Shown here: positions 41,626 through 64,000 of the stretch, one piece after another
How positions within the stretch are numbered: position 1 is the first letter of the stretch
Layout of the letters: every line of letters starts with the position of its first letter
Assembly (NCBI RefSeq): GCF_009914755.1
Contig: NC_060944.1
Direction: 5' to 3' (one strand)
From: the human T2T-CHM13v2.0 reference genome, Homo sapiens
DNA: 64,000 bases
The notes under the pieces: model-generated
What the model was told of the DNA's origin: nothing
The model's input: the letters and a program-made list of their open reading frames with translations, nothing else
The model's database searches: none
Made by a program: the position numbers and the translations under genes

Positions 41626-42294
41626 CTATACAATTCTCTCTATCAGCACCAACACCACTTCAAGCCATTTTCATTGGTTACCGGGACAACCTGCCTTATC
41701 TCCCTGTCTCACCATTTCTCCTGTAGGTCTAGCCTCTCTACATCAATCTAAGTGATATTTTTAAAAATGGGAATCATAGAATTTTTCTATCCTGCTCAAC
41801 ATCCTCCCCATCACACACAAAATAAAACCCAGACTCTGGCCACGACCTCTGGAAACACTGCAGGTGAACTAGCTCCTGCCTACCTTCCTCTCCAAGCCCA
41901 TCTTCTACCACTGTTGGGAACACACCAAGTGCCTTCAGCCTCAGACTTTCCTTAATTCTTTTCTCCACCAGACACATCATCCCACACACATACCCATGCA
42001 GAGTTACTCAGATCCCTACTCAAATGTCACCCCCACAGAAGAGGCCCCCTCTGTGTCATTACCTGTCATTCTGTTTGTTTAATTCTTTATTGCCTGTTTC
42101 TTCCAGTAGACTGCAAGCTCCCCAGGGCGGGGACAGGAGCCTGCCACTCTTATTCATGGCCATATGTCCAGTGCCCAGCACAGGGTCTGGCACACAGAAA
42201 ATGCTCAATAGATGTTTGTTGAATTCAAGATGGCCGGGCACGGTGGCTCATGCCTGTAATCTCAGCACTTTGGGAGGTCGAGGCAGACAGATCA

Positions 42295-42555
<261 letters not shown>

Positions 42556-42939
42556 TTATTATCATCCCTAGACCCTTCAGAAGGAGCAGCTTTTATGGTG
42601 CACTCTGTAGCCCTGATCTAATCCCCGGCTGAGCCTCTAAGCTCTATGCTTTCTGCTGGTACCACCCATTTCCTTGCATTTAGCCGGGGTTATCTGGAGC
42701 TGGTCTGCAGCCAAGAATGTCATACTTTCCTAATCTCCCCAGAGGCCTGAGAGACGCCTAAGGTCATGGGAGGTGCCCCCACAGGATCTCAGTGGGCTGA
42801 GCAGAAATCGGGACTCCTTGACCTAACCCACCCCCAGGCCCCTTCTACCTCACCTTCCAGCAGGCTCACGCCTGTAATCCCAACACTTTGGGAGGCCATG
42901 GTGGGCGAATCACCTGAGGTCAGGAGGAGTTCGAGACTA

Positions 42940-44610
<1,671 letters not shown>

Positions 44611-44885
44611 AACATTTTCCTAGCTCGGGTTGAGATCTCTGGGTTAGATGTGTCCTGGGAACCCAGCTGGGACCCAGGCTGGGTGGGGTGTCCTCCTTTC
44701 TCTCCTTTCTAAGTCAGTTTTCTGTGATCTCAGACTTTCAGGAAGCTACCAGCTGTCGCTCTTGTTTCTTTTTTGAAGAAGTCTGGAATTCTGCAGACTC
44801 AGCTCATATGGGAGTAAACATCCTGGCTCTTGGCCACTCTGACTGAAGTGCAAAAATGAGCATCACGGCCGGGCACGGTGGCTCA

Positions 44886-45362
<477 letters not shown>

Positions 45363-46164
45363 CTATACCTCCAGGCCTTGGCACACGCTGTGCCCTCCCC
45401 TTTTCCTTGCCTACCTGGAAAATCTATTTTTCCAATAAGAATCTGTTCATTGTCATCTCCTCTGAAGCTTTCTCCTTTGTGTGCCCACCACCCCCAGCCC
45501 CTGCCATCCCTCCAGAGCCCTCATCTCCCTGTGGCAGAGGGTTCATGTATATGTCTGCCTCCCACACTGCTCTGTGGGCTCCCTAAGACAAACCGTCTGT
45601 CCGTCTTACTTATCGCTTATTCTCAAGACTCTAGGACAGGCCAAGGGAAGAAATGGAGGGAATAGTACACCACATCAGACGCTTCCAAGGCCAGGAAGAC
45701 CAAGGGAGACGCCCCCATTCCTCTCATCTATTCTTGGCCTAAATGGCTTCTCTCATCTGGTCCCAGAATGGCCCAAGAGCCACTCCCTGTGGGAACCACA
45801 GTTTGGGGTGGAAGCCTCCTTTCCACAGCTTTCCGGGGGCCAGACCCACTTGCCTTGGAAACTCCCTTTGCATAATTTAAACTGCAGTGTAGGGTCCATG
45901 GCCAGCTCAAGCCCAGCCTAGGCGGGGGCAACCTGGAGTGGGATCCAGCTAGAGTCTCCCTTCCCCAGCTGCCAGGACCTCAGGGGATGAAAGTTCCCTC
46001 TCAGCAGCTTCTTGCTGCAGTGGCAGAGAACAAGGGGGTTAAGCTATGTGGCAACCTGAGCTGGTTGTTTATGTTTCTGCTTTAGTGTGGAGGCTTGGCT
46101 TTGTCCTGAGTTGAGGCAGGGGTCCTCAGAGGCCCTGGCAGCTAGTGACCAGCCAGGAGTGGTG

Positions 46165-46925
<761 letters not shown>

Positions 46926-47784
46926 GTGCCAGGGAGAGGAGCCCAGCTTATTCCAACCACCTCTCTCAGCCCAGACCTATTGTCTACCCAGGCTTCTTAG
47001 TTCAGAAAAGTAGCTGGAGAAATGGAAAGCCTTAGGATCTTTGCTCAACTGCTCATCCCTATATTGGGAATAAAAGACTCCAGGCTACTGACAGAGACTC
47101 GGCCACAGCAGGCAGCCCACAGGGTGCTGCCTTGGTGTTCCCACCACAGAAACCAGAGCCTGGAATAGAAACGGGGATACCTGGCCAGGCACAGTGCCTC
47201 ACGCCTGTAATCCCACCACTTTGGGAGGCCGAGGCAGGCAGATTGCTTGAGGTCAGGAGTTCGAGGCCAGCCTGGTCAACACGGTGAAACCCCCATCTCT
47301 ACTAAAAACACAAAAATTAGCTGGGCCTGGTGATGTGTGCCTTTAGTCACAGCTACTCCGGAGGCTGAGGCAGGAGAATCGCTTGAATCCTGGAGGCAGA
47401 GGTTACAGTGAGCCAAGATCACACCACTGCATTCCAGCCTGTGCGACAGAGGGAGATCCTGTCTCAAAAAATAAATAAATAAACGGGCTACCTGAAAAAG
47501 CCACCTAGACTTCAACCCAGAGTGGTCTGTTCATGGTCATCAAATATTTACAGAGGGTCAGGCACAGTACTGAGCATGGGGTTACAAGGGTGAATAAGCC
47601 CCAGGCCCCACCCTTAAGCAGCGCACAGCCTAGTGGATGAGGAAAATTGACAAACATTATGAGCTTAGACCATTGTGGTAGTACAAGAGAGGGAACCTGT
47701 CCTAGCCGGGGTAGAAGGAAGTTCAGGGAAGGCTGCCTGGTGGAGGCGACATCTAGGCTAAGACTCGAAGGCTGAATTAGGTCA

Positions 47785-48006
<222 letters not shown>

Positions 48007-48626
48007 CTACTTAGGGGGCTGAGGTAAGAGGATCACTTGAGCCTAGGAGGTCAAGGCTACAGTGAGCCTGGATACAAATGGAGACTCTGGCTCAAAAACG
48101 AACAAAACAAAGAAAGAAATAAACAAAAACACAAAGGATCAGGGTCATGAAAGAACCTGGCACATTTAGGGAAATTATGAAGTAGTTCATGGTAGCTGGG
48201 ACTGGATCAAGAAGAGATGGTTTGAAGGTCCAGATCATGAATAAAATGAATGTGTGTAAAGTGCTTGACGTTGTGCATAGTAAATATTCTGCCATGGTAG
48301 CTCATTATAATTCTGGTTTTGTAGGCCAAATTAAGGGTTTGGGATTTTGTCCCGTAGTCAATGGGGAGACATTCAAGAGCTTTAAGCCCAGAGTGACTTG
48401 ATGAGATTTGCTATATGGCCAGATCCCCGTGGCTCCTTGGTGGATTATGAACTAGAAGAGAAGCAAGGCTGGAGGATCAGAAGGCCACTTTGAAAATTAA
48501 CAGGTATGGCCAAGCACAGTGGCTCACACCTGTAATCCTAGCACTTTAGGAAGCTGAGGTGGGAGAATTGCTTCAGCCCAGAAGTTAGAGATAGTCTTGG
48601 CAACATACTGACCCCATCTCTAGTTA

Positions 48627-49705
<1,079 letters not shown>

Positions 49706-50506
49706 TTTTTTTTTTTTTTTTTCTTGAGACGGAGTCTCGCTCTGTTGCCCAGGCTGGAGTGCAGTGGTCTGATCTCGGCTCATCGAACCTCTGCCTCCCA
49801 GGTTCAAGCGATTCTCCTGCCTCAGCCTTCTGAGTAGCTGGGACTATAGGCATGCACCACCACACCCAGCTAATTTTTTTGTATTTTTAGTAGAGACGAT
49901 GTTTCACTATGTTGGCCAGGCTGGTCTCAAACTCCTGACCTTGTGATCTACCCGCCTCGGCCTCCCAAAGTACTGGGATTACGGGCGTGAGCCACCATGC
50001 CCAGTCTATTTTGTATACATTTTTTTGAGACAGGGTCTTGCTCTGTTGCCCAGGCTGGAGTGCAGTGGCATGATCATAGCTCTCTGCAGTTTTGACCGCC
50101 TGGGCTCAAGTGATCCTCCCACCTCAGCCCCCTAAGTAGCTGGGACTACAGGTGTGTGCTTCCGCACCTGGCTAATTTTTGTGTTTTTTGTAGAGACGCA
50201 GGTTTCACCATGTTGCCCAGGCTGGTCTTAAACTCCTGGACTCAAGCAATCCACCCACCTCCACCTCCCAAAGTGCTAGAATTACAGGCATGAGCCACTG
50301 CGCCCAGCTATGTTTAAGACACGGTCTCTGTCGCCCAGGCTGGAGTGCAGCTAACTGCAGCTTCGACGTCCAGGGCTCAAGTGATCCTCCCACCTCAGAC
50401 TCCCAAGTGGCTGGAATTACAGGCCCATGCCACCATGCCCGGCTAATTTTATTTAAAACATTTTTCAGAGACAGGGTCTTGCTACATTGCCCAGGCTGGT
50501 CTCTAA

Positions 50507-50827
<321 letters not shown>

Positions 50828-51022
50828 TGATCTGCCCGCTTAGGCCTCCTGGGATAAAGTGCTGGGATTACAGGTGTGAGCCACCACACCCAGCCCCATA
50901 TGCTATTCTTAACAATAAAAAGGTTTTAAAAATTTGTCTTTGGGAGGCTGAGGTGGGTGGATCACCTGAGGTCAGGAGTTCGAGACCAGCCTGGCCAACG
51001 TGGTGAAATCCCGTCTATACTA

Positions 51023-51238
<216 letters not shown>

Positions 51239-51449
51239 TCATGCCTGTAATCCCAGCACTTTGGAAGGCTGAAGCAGGAGGATTGCTTAAGGCAAGGAGT
51301 TCAAGGTTACAATGAGCTATGAGTGCACATCAGTCTGGGAGATAGACTGAGACTCTGCTTCTAAAAAAAAGGGGGGTAGGGGTGGGAAACGCCAGCTCTT
51401 AAGGTAGTCATTAGAATGGTGAGAAGAGGTTGGGTTTTGTTTTGTTTGA

Positions 51450-51667
<218 letters not shown>

Positions 51668-52022
51668 TGATCCACCCGCTTTGGCCTCCCAAAGTGCTGG
51701 GATTACAGGCGTGAGCCACCGCACCCAGCTGAGAAGAGGCTGGTTTTGACATGCGGAAAGTGAGCAAACGGAGAAGATGAGGCATGTATCAGGTGAAAAG
51801 CAGTGCTGAACACTGTGAGGTAGAGAAACCTTTAAGATACTTAACTATCCAGGCCGGACGCGGTGGCTCACGTCTGTAATCCCAGCACTTTGGGAAGCCG
51901 AGGTGGGCGGATCACCTGAGGTGGGAAGTTCGAGACCAGCCTGACCAACAGGGAGAAACCCCGTCTCTACTAAAAATACAAAATTAGCCGGGCGTGGTGG
52001 CGCATGCCTGTAACACCAGCTA

Positions 52023-52160
<138 letters not shown>

Positions 52161-52500
52161 CTATCCAGGGCCACTGTGTCCACTCAGACCAGTCACATCG
52201 CCTGAATCTAGATCCCTTCTTCACAAAACAGGGAGGCTAGAGTGGTTTAATGGAACCAGCCCTGCATTTTGGTGTTGAGAACTCCGGGCTTAAAATCCCA
52301 GTTTTGTTACTTGTTGATGGCTGTGTGAACCTGGACAATGACTTCGCCCCTGCCCCTCGCTCCAACCTGTTTGCTCATGTGCAGATTTAGGTAATAATTC
52401 ACAGAATTCCATGATAAAACAGAAGACTAGGCACTTGGGATGTTTGGTATCTTGGTTATCAATTAAGAGAATCTGAACAATGAATGAGAAAATACTTTGA

Positions 52501-52840
<340 letters not shown>

Positions 52841-52954
52841 TTAAACTTTAGTGAAAGCGCGGGCTAGCTGGGGGGCATGAGCATGGAAAACTGGTTATCC
52901 CGTAGGTCAAGAGCGACCACGTAGTTTACTGCCCAAAGCAGTACTTTTTTTTGA

Positions 52955-53251
<297 letters not shown>

Positions 53252-54299
53252 TGAAAAAGGAGGCAATATTAGTAATTATGCCAGGGCAGCAGGCATAAAT
53301 CAAAGCTGGCCCCCCACCCTTCCAGAACTGAGACAGGACCCAGGAGTCTGGCTTCCCATCAGGCCTCTTATCTGAACGAGAAGCTCTGCGAGGGCAGAAC
53401 TGCTGTGCCTATATAGAGCTGGCTTATTTCTGGAGGGCTCAAATCTACTTGGAGCAATGCTCATGCCACTGTGAGATGATCACGGCTAACCGATTCAGCA
53501 CTTAGGAAGCGCCAGGTATTGCGCTGAGGACTTCACATGCATCACCTGAGTTAATTCTCACCAAACCTTTATGAGGTAGGCGGATTTATTATCTTCCACT
53601 GAGGAAACTAAAATTTAAATTGGTTAACTCCTTCAAGGCCACACATTTTGGGTGGAGGAGCAGGGATTGAAATCAGATGAGGATCATGAACCCTCGTTCT
53701 CAATTACTACTCATATCGGTGCCTCCGTTTTTCTTGAGCGTCCGCCTGCCTGCCCCCACGCTGGCGTGCAGCCAGGACCATGGACATCTGAGAGGCTACT
53801 CAGCCGGGGTACCTACAGCCCCTGGCTCCACACAAGCGCCGGTCTGACAGCAGGTGGCAAGCTTTTCCTCTTCTCAAGCTAGCACTGGAAGGGATGCTTG
53901 CTGGGGAGACCGGAGATGGGTGGAGCTACCACTCGGACGCCTGCAGGCTCCTACCAAAAAGAATCCTGCAGGGAGCCGGATGAGGAGCACCTCACAGCTG
54001 CCAGTTCCCTGCCAGGCTACCCGCTGTAGCTGGTTTGAGGGCTCAGTGAGGCTTTGAACTGCAACTAATGGCCACAGATGTCAATGTTGGAAAGGCCCTA
54101 CAATGCATTTAGTTGATTTCCCAACTCTGCCGAAAGCCATCTCTATTACTTGCCCCCGAAGGCTAGTTTAAGTTGCTTCTACTCAAGAGCATTTACAGCT
54201 TGGGTTCGATGTATATGTAGCCCGGGCATGGGGCAGGGCTTCTTAACATTTGGACACCACGCAGCACAAAGGCCCAGAGAGGGAAAGAGACTGGCTGGA

Positions 54300-55500
54300 A
54301 GAGGCAGAGCCGCGCGGGTGCCAGGACCCAGGTCCTTGCTACGTCCGGAGCCTACGTCACCACGATGCCTCCCCTGGGCCGGCGGCAGAACCCGAGACCC
54401 CCGCAGGTTCTAAGACAGCCCCCACGCCCCCCAGTGCGCACGCTCAGTCCAACCCCGCCGCGCACCGCCCACCGCGAACATCCGGCTCCTGCGTGTGTGC
54501 TCGAGGGGGAAACTGAGGCGGGGACGTGCCAGTGAATTCATTCCTTCCTCAGTCCACCCGCAGGCCTACAAAGCTGTCTCCCCTTCCTCAGCGCCACAAG
54601 GAACAGCAGGGACGGATGGGAAGAAGGGGAGGGGGCCGAAAGCAAGCTGGGTGCGAGGAGCCAGCCGACCCTGCCACACTCAAGATGGCGGCGCGGCCGC
54701 GGCGAGGTCCCTCAGAGGCGGTACCAGCGCATGCGCAGCGCGGAGTCCCGGCCCGGGACACAAGATGGCGGCAGCGGCGCTGGGGAGGGCGAGGCGGAGG
54801 CGGCAAAACGGGCGGTCGAGCAGAACGTGTAGCCGCGTCCCCTCCAGTCCGCTCCGGGCAGGTAAGAGTCCCAGGAAGCCATGGTCCCGCAGCGAGCCGC
54901 GCCAGGGTCTGGGGATCCGAAGCTGGGGGGCGGCGGCCCCTCCGGCGCTTTCTGCTCGGGACTGCCGCTTGCCCTGTCTCTGTTGCCGCCGCCATCTTAG
55001 ACCCGCGGGTGGGCGGCCGCGCCGGTGGCCGAAGTGAGGGAGGTGGGCCCGGAGAGCCCCAGCGGAGCGGGCTCTAGGGCCCCTCCGCTGCTGCCGCCGC
55101 CACCGCCTTTGTGTCGGGCTCCGACTCTGAGTCGCCTCAGCCCGGGGGCGGGAGCGCGCGGCGGGGCGGGGGGCGGAGCCCGAGAGATGGGCCGGCGCGC
55201 GCGCGCGCGCCAAACAGCCCACCCTCGCTGGGGTAGGGGGAGGGGAAGGTGCGCGCGCGCGCGCGCGCTGGAGCTCGCCTCTCGCCTTCGTGCGCCGTCG
55301 CGCCTGCGTACTTTGTTCGCCCTTTGACTCCTCCCTACTGGGCCGGAGAATTCTGATTGGTACATTGCGGAGATGGTCCCGCCCCACGTGCCTCCAATCC
55401 CGGACTCGGACTCTGGCTTCTGGTGGGTTTTTCTGGTTGCGCAGATAGAGTTGTTTATCCTTGAGCAGCGGTAATTCTCAAACTGCGGTATGCGTGGGGG
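54300..55500. promoter_or_regulatory. PCIF1: PCIF1 CpG-island promoter and non-coding exon 1 (~54680-54861, donor CAG|gtaaga)
   Basis: Very high CpG density. YY1 CAAGATGGCGGC at 54681 and 54761, inverted YY1 54989-54998, NRF1 GCGCATGCGC 54727-54736, CRE half-site ~54354, CCAAT boxes ~55357 and ~55393. Confidence 0.85.
55195..55268. repeat. Two pure (GC)n tracts: (GC)8 at 55195-55210 and (GC)9 at 55251-55268
   Basis: Read directly from the sequence. Confidence 0.95.
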
Positions 55501-56180
55501 TCGGGAAGCCACAGGATAAATAAAGACGTTATCTTAAGAGCAGTTATGTCTTACTGGGAGCGTACAATGCTGGACTCTACATATAACGGTCGAGTGATTC
55601 CGGTTTATAAGCCGGAAAGCAGAAGGGCCCGGAATCCGGGTCTGTCCAACCCAGGGGCTGGTACTTCGGCCACAGACCTGCTGCGCTCAAGTCACATAGG
55701 AAATTAAAAATGGTTTTAATTGCAAAAAATGGGTACATTTTTTCAAATAGTGTGAAAAAATGAGTCATCCTGTCTCCCAGTCACTCTTACGGTGCGTTTT
55801 AAAAATACAAATTCTTGTGTGCCTCACCTCCGTATTTATTTCTGGCTTCTGAGATGCGCAGTGAGGCACAGGAGTCTGATTTTTTTTTTTTTTTTACAAA
55901 CTCCAAGATGATTCTGATGCACAGCTGGCTTTGGAAATACTGCAGTGTCCCCATTTAGCCTCACACTAAGCTGTGCCGCTTGTGCGTATTCTGCAAAGTT
56001 CATCTACCCGGTGCATCAATATCACAGGATGTTTCTTGGGGAAAATATTTTTCAATAAAGGCGAACAAGATGTGTCACATAATGTGTTTGCATGTTTTTG
56101 TTTTTGCAAGACATTATTCAGAGCGTGTCTTTGACTTGCTGTGGGAGGCTTGGGATTGTGCCCCCACAGATCAGTGATAG

Positions 56181-56450
<270 letters not shown>

Positions 56451-57127
56451 TAGCTAGGATGGTCCCGATCTCCTGACCTCGTGATCCGCCCATCTGGGCC
56501 TCCCAAAGTGCTGGGATTACAGGCGTGAGCCACCGCGCCCGGCCTCTTTTATTTTTTAAGAGATGAGGTCTTGCCCTGTCACCCAGGCTGGAGCACAGTG
56601 GCATGATCATACTTCACTGCAGCCTCGAACTCCTGGGCTCAAGTGACCCTTCCACCTCAGCCTCCTGAGTAGCTGGGACTGCAGGTGCAATTTTTTTTTA
56701 TTTGGGCCCGGCGCAGTGGCTCACACCTGTAATCCCAGCACTTTAGGAGGCCCAGGTGGGTGGATCTCTTGAGGTCAGAAGTTCGAGACCAGCCTGGCCA
56801 ACATGGTGAAATCCCGTCTCTACTAAAAGTACAGAAAATTAGCCAGCTGTGACTCATGCCTGTAATCCCAGCTACTGAGAGGCTGACACAGGAGAATCGC
56901 TTGAACCCAGGAGTTGGAGGTTGCAGTGAGTCGAGATCGTGCAATGCACTCCAGCCTGGGTGATGGAGTCTCACTCCGTCTCAAAGGAAACCAAAACCAA
57001 CCAAACAAAAAGCTTTATTTGTTGTAGAGCTGGGGGCTCACTATGTTGCCGAGGCTGGTTTTGAACTCCTAGCCCAGCTCCCAAGTTGCCAAAGCCACCG
57101 TGCCCAGCCTAAGGGTACTTCAGTTGG

Positions 57128-57305
57128 CAGGACTGGCTACAGAGTTTGTGGGGCCCAGTGTGCAAAATGTAAATGTGAGCTCCTTGTTAAAAAGTTATTA
57201 AAAATTTTAAGACAGTGACGGCAGAGCCTTACACCAAGCTCAGGGCTTTCCTGAATGTGGATCCCTGTGCAGCCGTGCAGGTCACATGCCCATGAAAGCA
57301 AACCT
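57128..57305 (-). mobile_element. MER45A-like element in PCIF1 intron 1
   Basis: caggactggctaca...gggcccagtgtgcaaaatg...gcaggtcacatgcccatgaaagc. Confidence 0.65.
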
Positions 57306-57474
57306 ATTGGTGAGAAAGCTTAAGAGGTATCATTTTCATCCCCTGTATTCCCTCATCCCCTCTCCCGGTGTGTCCTGCCCTGGAGGCCCCCAACTTGCTC
57401 TTTGTTTTTGTCCCTCTTGTCCCTGCCCTGCAGCATCCCACAGGTCTGTGACTGTTTTCCTATTTGCTTTCCAG

Positions 57475-57642
57475 CTGCTGATGCAAGGAATCCCCTGGGC
57501 TCCCGTCCACTCCACTGCTGACCAGCCCATTCGCCTGTGCTGAGTCTTCCTGCAGGCCTTTCCTTGCCTCTGTGGGACCCTGTGGGGGTCCATCCGGCTG
57601 GAGAAGAAAAGCCTCTCATGCTAACGTTGCAGACCCCAGAGG
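57475..57642 (+). other. PCIF1: PCIF1 non-coding exon 2 (168 nt)
   Basis: Acceptor tttgctttccag| and donor GAGG|gtgaga, in unique sequence between exons 1 and 3. Confidence 0.7.
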
Positions 57643-59056
57643 GTGAGAGAAAGGGGGACTTCATTCAGTCTTGAAACCTGTGTGCTCAGCCCCCAAGGCA
57701 TCAGGAATTCTTCCTGCCCAGAGAATCAAGGCAGCTTCATTTTTTTCGTACCTTGGTCAGTGGTTCTCAACCTTTTTGTTATCAAGGCACTTTTTGTTGT
57801 ACATATGTCCTGTTGCCCCCTGCATTTTTATCTGCCAAACTGTACTGATGGAGTAACCATTGACTTTTCCCTTCCTAAATTAAGGAAGACGTCTATGATG
57901 GAGTGTACAATAAAATCAGTGTCCCAATGATTCGTATGATGTCATCAACAACCAATCAGAGCTTCTGATCAGCATGAGATAATCAGTGTGACCACAATGA
58001 GTTGATAAAATTTCAGCATGAAAAGATAACTGATGTTTAAGCCTGCCTTTGTGGTCTTGTTGTGGGCAAAAGTTTGATTTCTTTTGGGTGGTGTGACCTA
58101 CTGAAAACAACTTTAGCATCACCAGTTCTATCTCAGTTAGCTCCCAGTTGTCTGACAGCCCCAGGCCAGAAGCACTTTGGCTCCTGAGGCTGTTGCTGGG
58201 TGTGCTTTGGGTGGGGGAGTAGGGAATACAGATCTGAAGGAACTGGCCTCCTTGCTGGTACTTACAGTAAATATTCACCTGGGGATTATGAAGGAGTCAA
58301 TTAGATAGTCCTTCTTGGTTGCATTGGTTATTTTAGCAATAGCTGCTTCCTGCCATGTAGTGTAAAATAAGGTGACCAATTAGATTCCATGCCCTTCCCT
58401 AGTGTGCTTTGTTCCTTTTAGATTTTACTGGATGAGAGCAGTAAAATCCCATCTCCTTCTGGGAGTTGTTACTATTCCTTCTTGTAGGAATCGCTTCTCA
58501 AGGGCAGACCCTGTTCTGTCTTTTTTGCTGCTCTTGGTGCTTTGTAAATATTTGCAGAATCAGTAGTGCTCCTGTTGGGTCCAGGTCCTAGGCCTGAGCA
58601 CAGGAGAGAGCTGAATTGGACGCAGTTCCTATTTCTGGAAGTTCTGACAGTTTAGTGGGGAGACAAACCCAGCTGATAGATGAGACCATCTGAGTGCTAC
58701 GACAGAGGTGTTCACGGCCCTGAGGAGGAGCTCTGACCACCTGGCCTGGGGAGGGGAGAGTCAAGGAAGGCTTCCTGGAGGATGTGAACCCAGTAGCAAG
58801 CCAGGCAGAGAAGAGGGGGAGGGGCATTTCAGGCAGAGGAAGCAGCAGGAGTGCACCCATTGAACAGCTGGAATTGCAGCTTAGATCCCAGGGCTGCTGT
58901 GTGGCACCATGCTGGCCCTCCAGGATAGGACCTGATTGGATTTCTCCACATCGGTGGGTGGTCACTGGGGCCCTGGGTGGATTGTAATTGGCGGGTGAGG
59001 GGGTGGAGCTGACACTCTTTGGTCCTCTGTGTGGCAGGTCCTGTGTGGGTGTGGAG

Positions 59057-63822
<4,766 letters not shown>

Positions 63823-64000
63823 GTGAGTGGGTCCCCGGGTGAGAAGGCCAGTTTTAGGGCTCTGTGGCCACTTCCTCCAGGAAGCCTACTCTGCCTGTCC
63901 AGGCTGGGCAAGGCCTCCCCCAGCGGCCTATTCTTGTGCAGTATGGCAGACGTTCGACATTCGTCAGTCCCCAAACTCATGACTGTGGAGATGTTTCTCT

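Noticed and set aside
54680-55387. 235-aa Arg/Ala-rich minus-strand ORF
   Set aside because: Explained by stop-codon scarcity in the CpG island and the (GC)n tracts.

Overview
Human genomic DNA that I recognise as the chr20q13.12 cluster: ZSWIM1 (+), SPATA25 (-), NEURL2/Ozz (-), CTSA (+), PLTP (-) and the 5' half of PCIF1/CAPAM (+, runs off the window). I read the exon boundaries by hand from GT/AG sites, and the summed coding lengths close in frame: ZSWIM1 485 aa, SPATA25 227 aa, NEURL2 285 aa, CTSA 479 aa from the exon-2 ATG, PLTP 493 aa, and the first 335 codons of PCIF1. The CTSA length is one Leu shorter in the signal-peptide CTG tract than the 480-aa reference I remember. The rest is mostly Alu, MIR, L1/L2 and hAT (MER) repeats, and the ~21 kb PLTP-PCIF1 intergenic region is Alu-dominated. 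I see no new multi-gene system; all genes are known. The best leads are regulatory: (1) a putative upstream CTSA first exon that would open a 145-codon out-of-frame ORF and weaken the CTSA Kozak context; (2) two splicing routes to a SOCS-box-less NEURL2; (3) spliced uORFs in ZSWIM1 and PCIF1 that start inside YY1 motifs; (4) twin pure (GC)8/(GC)9 tracts in PCIF1 intron 1; (5) the PLTP FXR element lying inside a MIR; (6) an inverted Alu pair in the ZSWIM1 3' UTR; (7) overlapping convergent CTSA/PLTP 3' ends.
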